From positions 2,542,001 through 2,606,000 of the forward strand of contig JBLDXI010000003.1 of the NCBI GenBank assembly GCA_047495785.1: DNA of 64,000 bases, written 5' to 3'. Numbering within the stretch: position 1 is the first letter of the stretch; the number at the start of each line of letters is the position of its first letter. Below are positions 25,701 through 38,300 of this stretch, one piece after another. The notes under the pieces are model-generated. The model was not told the DNA's origin. It saw nothing but the letters and a program-made list of their open reading frames with translations, and ran no database searches. The DNA comes from Lepidodermella squamata (Eukaryota; Animalia; Gastrotricha). Position numbers and translations under genes: made by a program.

Positions 25701-28700
25701 GCAATGGGCCGCTGCGAAATTGGGGGTTCATGATGTTCAGCTACTCCGACCTGGCTCGTCCCCCTTAATTCAGCAGGACTACGCCCGAGTTTTCGAAGAA
25801 GCCGGAATTACCGATGGGGCGCTTCTCATCGCCCGGGTAATACCAGTTTCAGCTTCAACCGGGGCTAATATGGGTCTTGAACTCAATGACGCTGATAGTA
25901 GTGACGCGGAATGCGCTGGTGCCGGGGCGGATTCGGGCAACGAAAGCGGGGCGGTGAATAACGGCCTTGACCACCCATCCGCCGTAATGAACGCAAGCAA
26001 CGGCCATTTGCCGCATCTTCAACCGGACGAATCGTCGTTACTAAGCGTTCAATTAGCTCGTTCACCGAGTTTCATCCATATGTTACTCGACGTAGCGGAC
26101 TGGGCGCCGGGTCCCATTCGATCAGCCACCCTACTGCTGCTAAGCCACCTACCCGCAAATCCTGAGGCGTTGGTTCGAATAACTAATTCGGCTAATTTAG
26201 CAGAATTTTTTCAAAATTGCGCTAAAACTCCTGTTGCGATTTTCTACAATTTGAAGTTGATGCATGCGCTGTTGTGCCCGGTTCGAGGCCAGCCTGATTC
26301 ACTATTCATGGAACGTTTCATCCGAACCGCTGTACCAGCACTTCACAGCCTAATGCTGACTGATTTAAAGTGGTCAGCCGATATTTTGACCCAGGGTTTG
26401 TCGCTGTTGAACGTAACTTGCGGCTTGTTGGCAGTAGCTGGTCTCATGGCGGCTCAACAACACGGCACGTATGCCTCGAAGCAATATCCAGACCACGAAA
26501 GGCAGTTACAAGCTATTTTGAGCGTCTGCCCGCCGCTCTGCTTCTCGAGCGCCATGAATTGGGGCGAATTTTTGCTGCAAAGATTTCGCCATAATTTACC
26601 GTTAAATTTGGCTGATAGTGAGCCGCTTGATCTATGCGTAGCTGTCCGAAATATGGCCTGGTCGACTTTATTTACATCATTCCCGAAAATCTGCGACTTC
26701 GATCGTGGCGGTCACGACACGGATTCGGCAAATTTTTCGATGAATGTCAACGATGAGTCGGCGGCGTTTGTTAATGAGGCGATTAAAACGCTGGTTTGCC
26801 TCGTCCTCCTTAATCCTACCCGAGCTGTGACTATTCAAAACGACGCGAAATTCCAGCAATTTTTTGTTGATTTACTGCTAATTTGCCCGCAAAATACTGT
26901 TCGACACATTGCCGGTACTTCTCTGTACCAGTTGTGTACTAACTCAGATTGCTGGCGTTATTTGGTCACCCTGCTATTTTCGACCCTCAGCTCGACAACT
27001 CAGCCAGTCTACCAGGAAAGGAGTTACGATTTTTGCGATTTGATCTGCCGGTTATTGACCCTGCCGAATCAAATGGCCGAGAAACCAGGCTATTGGCAGC
27101 AGCTGCTCGTCGAAAGGTGGCGGGCTATTGCCTCGATGCCAGCCGTTTGTTCGTCGCCGGTGTTCCGCGACAATCAACTCGCGATTTGCGCTCATCTAGC
27201 CGCTCTGTTAACTGCGGGCGAGAAAAGCGCGGTGGCAACTGACGATAAGGGCCCGCAAGTTCTCAACGCCCTGCTTGAAAACTTTATTTTCGCCCCATCG
27301 CTGTTTTTAATCAATAAAAACGCGACTAATGCGATTGTGTCGTTCTCGGCGAGCACCGTTGATTGCGCTCTAAATTTCGCTGGCCGCCTCTGTGAAGATG
27401 CGCTATCGAATTTGGAATATGCGACTGATATGGTGATAACGTGCATGGCGGCTGACCCGGACGCGTTGCCGGTGAATGAGTGGGAATGTGCGCCTGCGAT
27501 TGGCCCCCGGCCTGTTCACGGCTATGTCGGCTTGAAAAACGCGGGCGCGACTTGTTACATGAATTCGGTCCTGCAGCAGCTGTATATGCTGGATCCGATT
27601 CGTGATTCGATTCTATCGATTTCGGACTCGGTTGTTCAAGTGCCAAATGCCGAGTCTGAACAACAAGATGCGGCTACGCAAGTTCAAGCGACATCTGGCC
27701 AAGTCTACAACAAGGTTAGTATCGTTCAATTTTTTAGGTCTCATTCATTTCTTACAGTACTAAATGGAACAATTTAATTGATTTATACAATAATTGACGA
27801 ATTTATAGCATCAAAAAATGGGGATTAGAGAAATTTCAAATTTTAAATTTTTGGCAAAGTTCAATTTTCAATTTGTTAAAATTCCAGATTGGTTTTTGCT
27901 CTATGTAAGAAGATTGCTCTTGGTTTTAGTTAAAAAGTGGCGGATGGCCGGATTTTGTTTTATTTTTACGATGAGCATTCCGATTTTTTACACATTTTAA
28001 GTTGGGAATCCAGCTTAAAAAAGTTCAGCCAGATAATTTATGCGCTAAATTGAAATATTTAATGTTCATTCATTTTTTTTATTTTTCAAGGTGATTTTGG
28101 GAGACCTGCGGCTTACGTTCGCGTTTTTGCTAATGGCCGATGCTCAATTTTACACCCCGACTGACCTATGGCGGCACCTGCGACTCGGCGGTGAAGCCGT
28201 AAATGTTCGCGAACAGCACGACGCGCTCGAATTCCTGCATAATTTGGGCGATGCAGTCGATGAAGCGATGCGGTCATCGCTCCCAAAAGGCACTGCGCCG
28301 GTTATCGAACGCACCCTGGGCGGTACCTTCGCCGACCTGAAAATCTGCCGTGACTGCCCGCATCGCTACTCGCGGGAAGAAACGTTCACAACAATCAGCG
28401 TCGACGTGAGAAATCATCGAAATCTACACGAGTCTCTCGAACAATACGTCCGGCCTGACTTGCTAGACGGTCAAAACGCGTACTTTTGCGAGCAGTGCCA
28501 GGCGAAAGTGACGGCGATCAAGCGCATGTGCGTGCGAAGTTTGCCACCCGTTTTAGTCATCCAGCTCAAACGATTCGATTACGATTGGGAGCGAGACTGT
28601 GCGACCAAATTCAACGACTACTTCGAATTTCCTCGTCAGCTCGATATGGAACCGTATACTGAGGCGGGTATTGCTCGCCGGGACGTCGAAAATGGCCCTG

Positions 28701-31326
28701 TTAACGGTAAATTTCTTAATTATACTGCTAAATTTAGAAAAATGTAACGAATTTCGATTCGTTCAAAATTTTTACTTTTTTTAAATTGTTGGGTTTAAGG
28801 TCTTTTTTCTGAAATGAACTTCGACCTTTGACCTGTCATTGTTGTTGTTTCTTAATTTCTCGAAAATTTTCAAATATGGAATAAGTTTGCTAGGACTTAC
28901 TTTTTCTTTGCTATTTCAGGCAGTGGCTCCTCGAGTCCGACCGGGGGCGAACCAGCCCTGTATAACCTCATTGGTGTCGTGGTTCACAGCGGCCAAGCAT
29001 CAGGCGGTCACTACTACTCATTCGTGAAGAGGAAATCTGACCAGAAATGGTTCCGTTTCGACGATTGCGACGTAACGGAAGCGTCACTGGACGACGACCT
29101 CGAACTTCGAAACCAGTGTTTCGGCGGCGAAACCGACCCGGTTGTCAGCGCGGCTGGTGGCGGTTCAATGAGCCGAGGAATTCGGCGCCACCGGAACTAC
29201 TGGAACGCCTATCTTCTATTCTACGAGCGCGCGACTCAACCCCAGACGGAGCTTGCTAATAAAGTCCAACGCCTTTCGGTTTCCACCGACATTTCGCCTC
29301 GTCGAGACCCGTCGCCCACCCCAAATGTGGCGGCTAGGTTGATGCAGTCTGTCAATGAATGGAACGCTCTGGCCGGGCATCGCCGGCTTCATTTCTCGAC
29401 CGGCTACTTCAATTTCTGCCGGCAAATTCTATCGGCCTGTGCGCATTTCCGCCCAGCTGAGTCGGCTGAGGCTGAAGTAGCCGCCGCGTGTGGCTTGAAA
29501 CTAGCCGCTCGTCACCTCTTCGAACTCGCCCTTCGAGTTCGGCGGCAAATTCGAGGAAACGCCGTTGATCTGACGGATTGCTGCGCGAAACTACTGCAAC
29601 GCGCCCGGCCTCAAGACCGCCGCGCTTTCCTCCTCTTCACCGGCCTTTTAAACCCGCAACGAATCTGGGAATTCGTCGTCGATTGTCAAAGTGTGGAGGT
29701 TCGAGCCGCGGTTGCTCGGCTGTTGAGCTCAGTCATCGACTACTCGATGAACGACCCACCCTTGGACGAAAACTCGGCGAAATACATCGAAAAATTACCG
29801 CCAACCCTGCAAGAATACGCAAATCAGGGCCACTCGCTTGGCTTCCTCATCGCCACGGCTTGTTTGATTCTGATGAAACGGCGCGATTTCTGCGACTACG
29901 TCCGTCATAGTGCTCCGTTATTGCTCATCTGTTGCGATGTTGCATCGTTTGAGCGGCGAAAATTAGCGGTTCAACTCGGCGTGCCGCAAACGTTGATGAC
30001 GCTACTGCTCGATGATTCATTCTCATCATCAGCCCGGCATCATCAAACTGAACTGGCACCGATTTGCGCGGCGATTTCAACGCTGCTGCGGAGTATGGAC
30101 TTCTCAGCGTTGCACGATCAAACGACCGGGGAGAAGAATAAGGCGCCGAATCCGTACGCCGAGTCTTTCAATTTCGGCCCGGCTCCGAACACGATTTTGG
30201 ACCTGGTTCAGACTGGTAATAACCGCCAGACCGGTCCGAATTTCCCGCGTCGGCTCGCTAGTTGGCTCCAGGCGTCTAGCGAAGATATTACGAAATTATT
30301 CCAATTCCTATCTTGGGAAAACTGGAATTTTTCGGCTATCGCAATTTCAGTCGCGCTGCAATCCATGGTCTCGGTCGGAGTGGGTGATTGCGCGTTATAC
30401 GCGGCTCTGGTCGTAAATTTGGTCTCCATCACTGATTCGTGGCAAGTCTCGAGGTTAGAGCACCTTCTCCACGCTGGCGCCGGCCCATCAACAGCCGATT
30501 CTCTGCCATCTGTGGTCGAGCGGTTGCGGCAACAACAACCGCGCCGGGCTTACCTGTTTTTGAAGGTCCTAGTCACTTTGTTGACGAAAATGCCGATAGC
30601 GCGCAACGTTTTGGCCTCCGATCCGGCGGCTTCTCGAGCTTTCGTCGCCACGGTTGACTGGTTGCGTAATCAACTGGCTGATAGTGCTGATGTCGACCCT
30701 GTGCCTTCAGTATGGACTGGCCCGCTCTCAAACGAGAGCTCTGGCGGGTGAGTTGATTTCAAGCTTTGAAAGAGTTGAGCAAATTTAAATCTCGTAAAAT
30801 TCCAACAGAATATCAGAATTATTATCCCACCTTAATATTTTTATTATTTTTCTCCAATTTTGTAAATTTTGAATTTAATTAGAAATTTCTTTTTAATTCA
30901 AGTTCAAATTTTTGAATTTTGAATTGCATTTTTATTGTTTCGAATATAATTTTTTTTAAATTCTCTTCTCATTGAATTTTCAGTTATTATCTTGAGCACT
31001 CTCAATCGGCTCGAAATATTCTTGCTCAAGCCATGCAGTTGCTACCTACAATCAGTGCGTCAGCGGCTTCGGGAGACGCACCCGTTAGCCCTAATGCCGC
31101 GCCCGTGCCAAGCGCCATCAACATTCCGGTTTCCATCGAAATGACAGATGCAGACGAACAACCTATGTCCACCCTCTCGCCCCCTATTTCTAACCCTCTG
31201 AAGCGCTCACCGCCAATTGCTGTTGAAACCGTGACTAGCGGTCATGGTGATAATGTTAGTTCATCAGATGACGACGACCGACCTGTTTCGCCGAAAATTG
31301 ACGACTCGCCTTCGATGATGAATTGA
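22777..31326 (+). CDS. USP9X: Ubiquitin-specific protease USP9X/fat facets-like (~2500 aa, 6 exons)
   Basis: N-terminal [33 protein letters not shown]; Cys box [18 protein letters not shown]; REQHDALEF; [11 protein letters not shown]; His box [13 protein letters not shown]; SNESSG. USP24 is the alternative paralogue. Confidence 0.9.
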
Positions 31327-32394
31327 AACGAAAATATATCAAAACCTATCAATATATGCTATTTGGAAAAAAATCTTTTCTGTGCGCGAGTGTGAGTGTT
31401 ACAGCGTCTTTCGGGTTCCATCAAAATAATAATTTCATTTCATCGGATACAGTTGCCGCGTCTTGTTATGTGACAGAAATATTGATAATACGAAAGTTTT
31501 CGAAACTTGAAAAAATTGCGATTTGTGATTTGAGTGTAGTGTTCACTTATATACTTACCCACGTTAATCCAGCATGCGAAACTCGGTTTTTACCGCACTT
31601 ACAACAACTACAGCACCTAAATTCGATTAAGACAAGCCTCGCTGTGTAAATTTTTATTAGCCCATCTTAATTTTTTGAAATTTCAATCGAAACACAAGAT
31701 CTTGCTCGCAAGCTCCCGGTGTGTCTTTGCAGCAGCATTAGCGAAGTCTGAATGAGTATTAAGGCGGATGTTTCCGTTTCGTTCTCGATGATACGCGCGA
31801 TAAATATCGTTATATTCGTCACGGTACACGACCTATTTTTCTTTCGTATTCATCTTTGTCGTTTTTGTGATCATTATCTCGTGTCACGCTTTTTGTGTTA
31901 CTTTTACTGTATAATCTTGATCTTTTTACGCGGAAATGAAAAGACTCGAATTTTCTTATAATGAACGTTAAGCTTGTAGGTCGCGTGGAAACAAATTCGA
32001 AATAAATAATCAGCTAACTAGTCTTGCTACTTGAATTTTGTATTGTCGTTCTTCTTCGATCGTCGAAGCATTCCTTCGAATTCGTTGCACAAAAATGACA
32101 AAAATGGCTACCTACTCCATATCATAAGGGTTGCCTACTTTGTGAATGGTAAATTCGGAATATATAATTATAATTATTCGCCGATAACAAACAGAAAAAA
32201 TGACATCATATCTGTGGCTATCTATATATATTATATGATTTTTCGTGTTACATTCTTCATGATGCATTGGCAAAGTGCGTTTAAAACACTTTTATAAACA
32301 TATGAGAATAAAAACGAGCAACTGCTGTTGAATTTTCATGACCTAATATTTTTTATTCAATTTTTTCAATTTATTTTTAGACTTGTTTTATTGC

Positions 32395-35300
32395 ATGAAA
32401 ATGCATCCGGAACAAGTCAATTTGGCGCACTTGTGTCAAATATTTCGAATTGACAAACATGTTTCGAAGTACTTTACAGAACAGGTATGGTATTTTTTGT
32501 TTCGATAGAACGAGGTGTAAATTTATGAAAAATCGGAAGCATTTTTTGCGCTGAACAATCAATTATTTTGCATGCCCTCGCAATTTATACCAGTAATTTG
32601 AAAATACTAAGGTGGCTGATTTTTGTTGGCATAATTCGAGTCAAAATTATCGACTTCTTTTGATGACAATCGAATCTTGAGAATAATTCATTTTATTTTT
32701 ATTAAGGCGCATAAAGAAACGGAAGGCTTAGAAAAAGAATGCCGCGAAACTTGTGTAACCATGTGGAGCGTGGCCGCTTTCACCGATGTCCTGCGTCTCC
32801 ATTCGTCTGATGTACCTCTTTGTTGTCGACTCTTGGCCACCCTGTCCCACCCTACCCTGGCCGAACCAACGAATCTTCTCACCCCGTCTCGAGTTTGTAC
32901 CGCTGTTTTGGACGCACTATCGTTGCTACGATTAAACCAAGATCTACTCGCCGCTGTTTTCATCGAAATGGACCGAAGAGGCGAGGTAGCCTGTGTTCGC
33001 CACATGGCGCGACTCGTTTGCCGCGCCTTCTTCCACTCGATGGCCCTGGCGCATTACGAGACTGAATTCGTGCTATTCATCGGACGTTTGCTGGAACTGG
33101 CGCTTCTACCCGGGGTCGATCCGCGGCAAGTTCTATTCGGCGAATCTTCAGCTTTTGCGAACTTACTGACGACCTACGTTGACCACTCGCCAACTTTGAG
33201 AGCTTTTCTCGATTCGGGTCTTCGAATTCCGCTCCTTGCTGGTTTAAGTGCAGGTAATTATTTTAAATTTCCGAAATTTCTAAAAAAAATTAATTAAAAC
33301 ATTTAATTAATTCATACGGATTATTATATAAATTTGGGGAAAAAATATTAAAAAAATTAATCGAAAACATATTTTTTTATTTTGAATTATTTCAGGCGAC
33401 GCTTCTTTCGAATTGGGCCAATCAAGCCTCCTCGGGCCTAGTATGGTCGAGGTATCATCGAGCGACCAACAATCCCTTTGTCGCCAGATTATTTCGAGCC
33501 TCAACTCGTCCAAATCAGCCATTCCCCAAGGCTTCATCTGGCTGCTATCTCGCGTTTCGTCCCTACTTTCAGGCCGATTTACGTCTTTGACGCCAAACCA
33601 GCCACTTACAATGTGCGCGGAACTAGCCGCTCGTTGCTTGGCTCTTGCGATTGCCGATCCTTTCATACTGAATTTGGTCGATGATTTCCTAATTTCTTCG
33701 CCGCATTCGATCACGCTGTTGGGTCAAGTTGCGAATCTCTTCCAGCGGCAGTTCGTTGATGCAGCTTCATCCGCTTCTTCCGATCAAAGTTTACGCGATT
33801 TGACCGAATTGGTCAACACGCTGTTCCCTAACGAGGCCCCTGGCGCGCCTGAGGGTTTATCAACAGGCGAAACGTTACCCCTTGCCATGCTATTGACTGG
33901 GTCTGAACTGCGATTACTCATCGATTCTTGCCGAACTTTGTCAGCCATGCATTCTGAGGCAGCTGGGCGGCTTGCGACGTACGTAGCCGCGATTCCGTTG
34001 ACAGTTCTGCCGCAAGCTGTTACGGCGGCTCCTTCGAAAGAAGCATCTACTAGCCCGTTATGTGCGCTACTAGCGTCTGATGTTCTGCTGACTTTCCCGC
34101 CGTTGGCTGATGTCTTCACGATGGTGGGATTGCCTGATCGAAATAAAGTGCTATCTTCCGCTGAAAATGGAGTCGATTATCAGCAGCAACAGCAACAGGT
34201 AAATTTATATGAATGGAATCGAATATTTATTTTTTGTTGTCTCTGGATCATTTTAATCATTCTGATTACGTTTTATGTGGAATTTGGATTTCGAGTAAAA
34301 ATTTGCCTATTATTTTCTGGAAAATCATTAAAATTCGTGTTTCCAAATTATAACTTCGAATTTTGCTCTCAAAAATAAATTGGACTAAATTTAAGGGTTT
34401 GAGGTATAAGCTTTCGAGTCGCTCTCCCGTTGAGCTTCAGAGCATAAGACTATTTGGGTCTACCACGACCCCGCTTCACTACAACCTTGTCTTCTTTCTT
34501 CGACGGCTGCTGCGTCGATGTTTCGGATTCGCTGCCTATTGTGCCTTCGATGGACTTCTTGGGTCCAACGCGATGGAAGCTCTGCCGTTTCTGCTTCGCT
34601 GCTAACTACGCTGCCGCTCAACTTCCCTGGCCTACCTGGACAACGTATTGGTGACGTTTTCTAAGGCACTGATCCGCCTACACGGCGCTTTGGCGATTGC
34701 TAGGATTGAGAACGGATTGAGGTTCATCATCGTCAGACTCTGTCCTCCGACTCACTCTCCGACTCTTTGTCGGCGATTTGGCTGCCCGCAGCCACCCAGT
34801 CGGCCTCTCATTTTCAGTTTTGATGCCCACCTGGGAATGGAACTTGAGCGCCATCGCCATCCCATAGTATTTTTTGCCAACAGAATCGCTAAAATGACTC
34901 AATTAAAAGCGAAAATACGGCAGAAGTCAACGCACCTGTGCTGCATTACACAGTTGAACCATTTTCCCCCATTGTCCGTGCAAGTTTGGGCAATTATGGT
35001 CTGGATATACTGCCTGAAGCCAGTAAACCTGAAGCCTTTGCAGGCTTCGAAATTCCAGGTTACAAAGTCTGCCAAGATTTGAAGATCCGAGATAGCGAAC
35101 TTTTGACGCTACAACAAGGAATCGCGCTTCATTCTCGCGGTTGATATTCGCTAATCGTCATTTCTTCAGGTAGGCCGAACGAGCGTGGTACGTCGCCTTC
35201 GGGAAATTGACATACCCGTCATTATGGCAAACCTCGATCAATCAACAATCAACATATTCAAACAGTCATGGAATGTAGTAAAATGTCCGTTTCCTCGTTG

Positions 35301-38300
35301 AGCTGTGGTTTAACCTGAGTTGGCATGCTTAAAAATGCTTTAAATTATAGTGATCATGAAAACATAGTCAATTTCAGTATTCAAAACAGAAATGTCATTC
35401 AACTATAATTATAGTGCTTAGTGCTATACAAGTCAAACATCCGAATTAATGTTCTCAAGTCGAAATCAATTTTTCGAATCAATTTTTCCAGCATTTCGTA
35501 TCTTAGCTATCTTCAGCTTGAGCTGTTCAATCATCGGTCGTTGGTCGTTGTCAACAGCCATTTGTGCTGAAATAAGCTTCGCATTTTCCGCCTTCAATTT
35601 TTCAAGGATTCCACGACGATCATCCAAACGATCCTCTAGTACTACGAGCTCAACATGTTTCACCGCTATCTGGCATGCGTAAAATTGAAAAATTACAAAA
35701 AATTACAATCTTACTTCATAGTAAAACTGCAAGTTGTTTTCAAGAGGCATAAATTGCCTAATCGATTTTGAAAAATGAACATCTAAGCCAGACGCAGTTA
35801 ATCTGACTGATGGATTAAGGAGGATTTTTTAGCTCGGGCTTTTTTGTTCGATCATTATTATTTTTTAATTTTCAGGCCCAAAACCTACATCAGCAACAAC
35901 AGCAGCACCACCATCATTTGCATCAACAATCTACTGCTACTGTTGTTTCTGGCAGCCAACCGCCCACCCTCGCCCTGCGATGGTACGCCACGAAACGAGG
36001 TCGACGTACCGAACGGACCGCTTCAACTCACTCGAGTGGGTCTAACGAAGACCGACGAATGCGTCCGATGGAAAAGCGAACCCGTTTCATGTTGACCGCA
36101 AACTCCACATCAGCCTCGGCCTGTGCAGCCGCCGCAGCCGCCGCCTCGGATTTCCTAGAGCCGTCCGAAGCAGCCTCGACCCAGTTCGACCCAAGCGAGG
36201 CTGCGTCAACTCATTCGTGCGTCAGTTTGGACAACGACGGCAGTTTGAGTGACATGTCTGGCCGAGCGACTCCGGACGTTTCGGGTCGAGATACGCCTCT
36301 ATCAGCCGCCCCAGGCCCGGATCAAGAACCCCTGGCTGCGAGTAACGTTGTCCCATCTATTGCTTCAAGCATTCAGGGCAGTATTAGCACCCAGGTGAGT
36401 TATTATTTTTGATCCACCTTAAAAAAATTAAATATAATTTTGTAGGGTGGCTTTGCCGTACCAAATGCTCCAACCCCGCGAGGTCGACCGGGTGCTGGTG
36501 GTGAAATTCGGGCGACTGCCCCAGGTTCAGCCTCATCTAACCGGCAACAACCGACTGATGACGTCACTGAAAAATTCGGAAAATTCGACATTAAACCCGA
36601 GATTTTGCACGCTCATGGCAAGGCCCCAAGCGATTCATGGTCGACTGAAGTCATGGCGAGCGAAATAGACTGGGCCGGGTCTGAACCGGGCGGTGAAGAC
36701 AGTTCCCGATGGAGTGTTGAACCCGAGGCGGACGATGCGCCGAGTGTTAGTGAAATCGAGCATGAACAGGGCATGGGTAGCACTCATGGCGGGGCAGCTT
36801 CTTCGAGCTACGGGGCCGCGGCTGATGATATCGACGATGAGGAAATGATGATGATGGTCGCTGCGGCGGATGCTAACCGCTTCGAGACCAGCGGGTCAAC
36901 TGACTGGGGCGAACCGCCGGCTGTTCCCGAATCTTCGGCTGCGTCTTGGTCTATGCTATTTCGCCCGATTGCTCCGGCCTATGACGAAATGTCGGACCGT
37001 AAGTCTACTTACAATTTAACAAAATTAGGCGAAAATTGGTCTAACCAGGTAAAATACCGATAATACCGGTAACATCGGGGTTTTCCGGGTTTCCATCAAA
37101 AAAAATTTTTAAACCAATTTTCTCGATTATTTTCTTCATTTAATTGCTCCTTAATTGCCTTTTAGGCACAAGTGATCGTGCGAGTACCAGTTCAGCCCGC
37201 GAATCATTCGGCACAGCCAGCCTGCAGTTCGGCTCAACCGCGGCTAGCCAAGCCATGTCGCGGCTGAAAAACCCGTTCAAACAACTGGGCGACAAGTTGA
37301 AGAAGGGCAAACGTAAGGCGACTTCAAGTTCTGCGAAGCAACTGTCAAGCGCTGTTGCCGAAAATGACAACATGGACGAGTCTACCCTGACTTCATCTAA
37401 AGACGCTGTGGGTTTCACTGGAACCCTAAAACCGTCAAATAGCGCTACATCTACAGGTTTGCTAAAAAAAATTTATTAAGGTGGATTTTTTAATTTATCT
37501 TGAATTTTTTAGGAGGATTGGCAGAAGGCCCTGCGGATATTTTGAAGAAGTATGAGCGTGTTTCTTCGACGAATAACGCCGCCTCGGCTCATTCGACCTC
37601 CGTACCGTCTCTCGCTCAACCGCAGCTGCAATCTTCATCGTCCACCCCGGTCGCTGGAGTCGGCACCGGATCCGCTTTATCGTCGCCTGTGAAAGCTCCG
37701 CAGACCGATTCGAAGCCAGAGCTAACAATTGGGTCACGACTTTCATCGAACATGGGCTCAGCGTTTTGCGAGCAGATGCTTCAGAGCAAATTAAGATCTG
37801 TTTTAACCACTGTACCCGACCCAAATTCGAGCCTTTTGGCTAGTTTGCAACGCGCTACTGCCCAGGGCTCGATTCCTGAGCGAGCTGTAGCGCGAGAGGC
37901 ACTTCGCGGCTATAAGCAAGCTATGTCGAATGGAAGTTGCGATCAAGTCATCTCTGGTCTGATGGTCGATAGCGATTCTTGGCCGACTTACTACACCCAT
38001 CTGCTAAATTCACTACTCAACGCAATTACGATGCGAGCCCGGGTTAATTCGCTGATCGAATCAGCTCGAGCGCAAAATCTTGGCCTAGTTCGTTGCCTAG
38101 CAACGCGATTAGCCGCAATTTTGTTGATGGGCGATGCCGAGCGGCGACTGTTGGACGATACGTCCAATCGATTCCGGGCTGTTCAAATGGATGAGAGGAC
38201 TGATGTTGTGTTAGCGATGACTGAGCGCATTACGACTTCGATCAACCAGTGGCTGGCATCATGGGCGGCTTCTTCAACCACTGTCCACCAACACACGCCG

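Noticed and set aside
24970-30657. Many overlapping and antisense ORFs within USP9X
   Set aside because: Shadow ORFs of GC-rich coding exons with no independent motifs.
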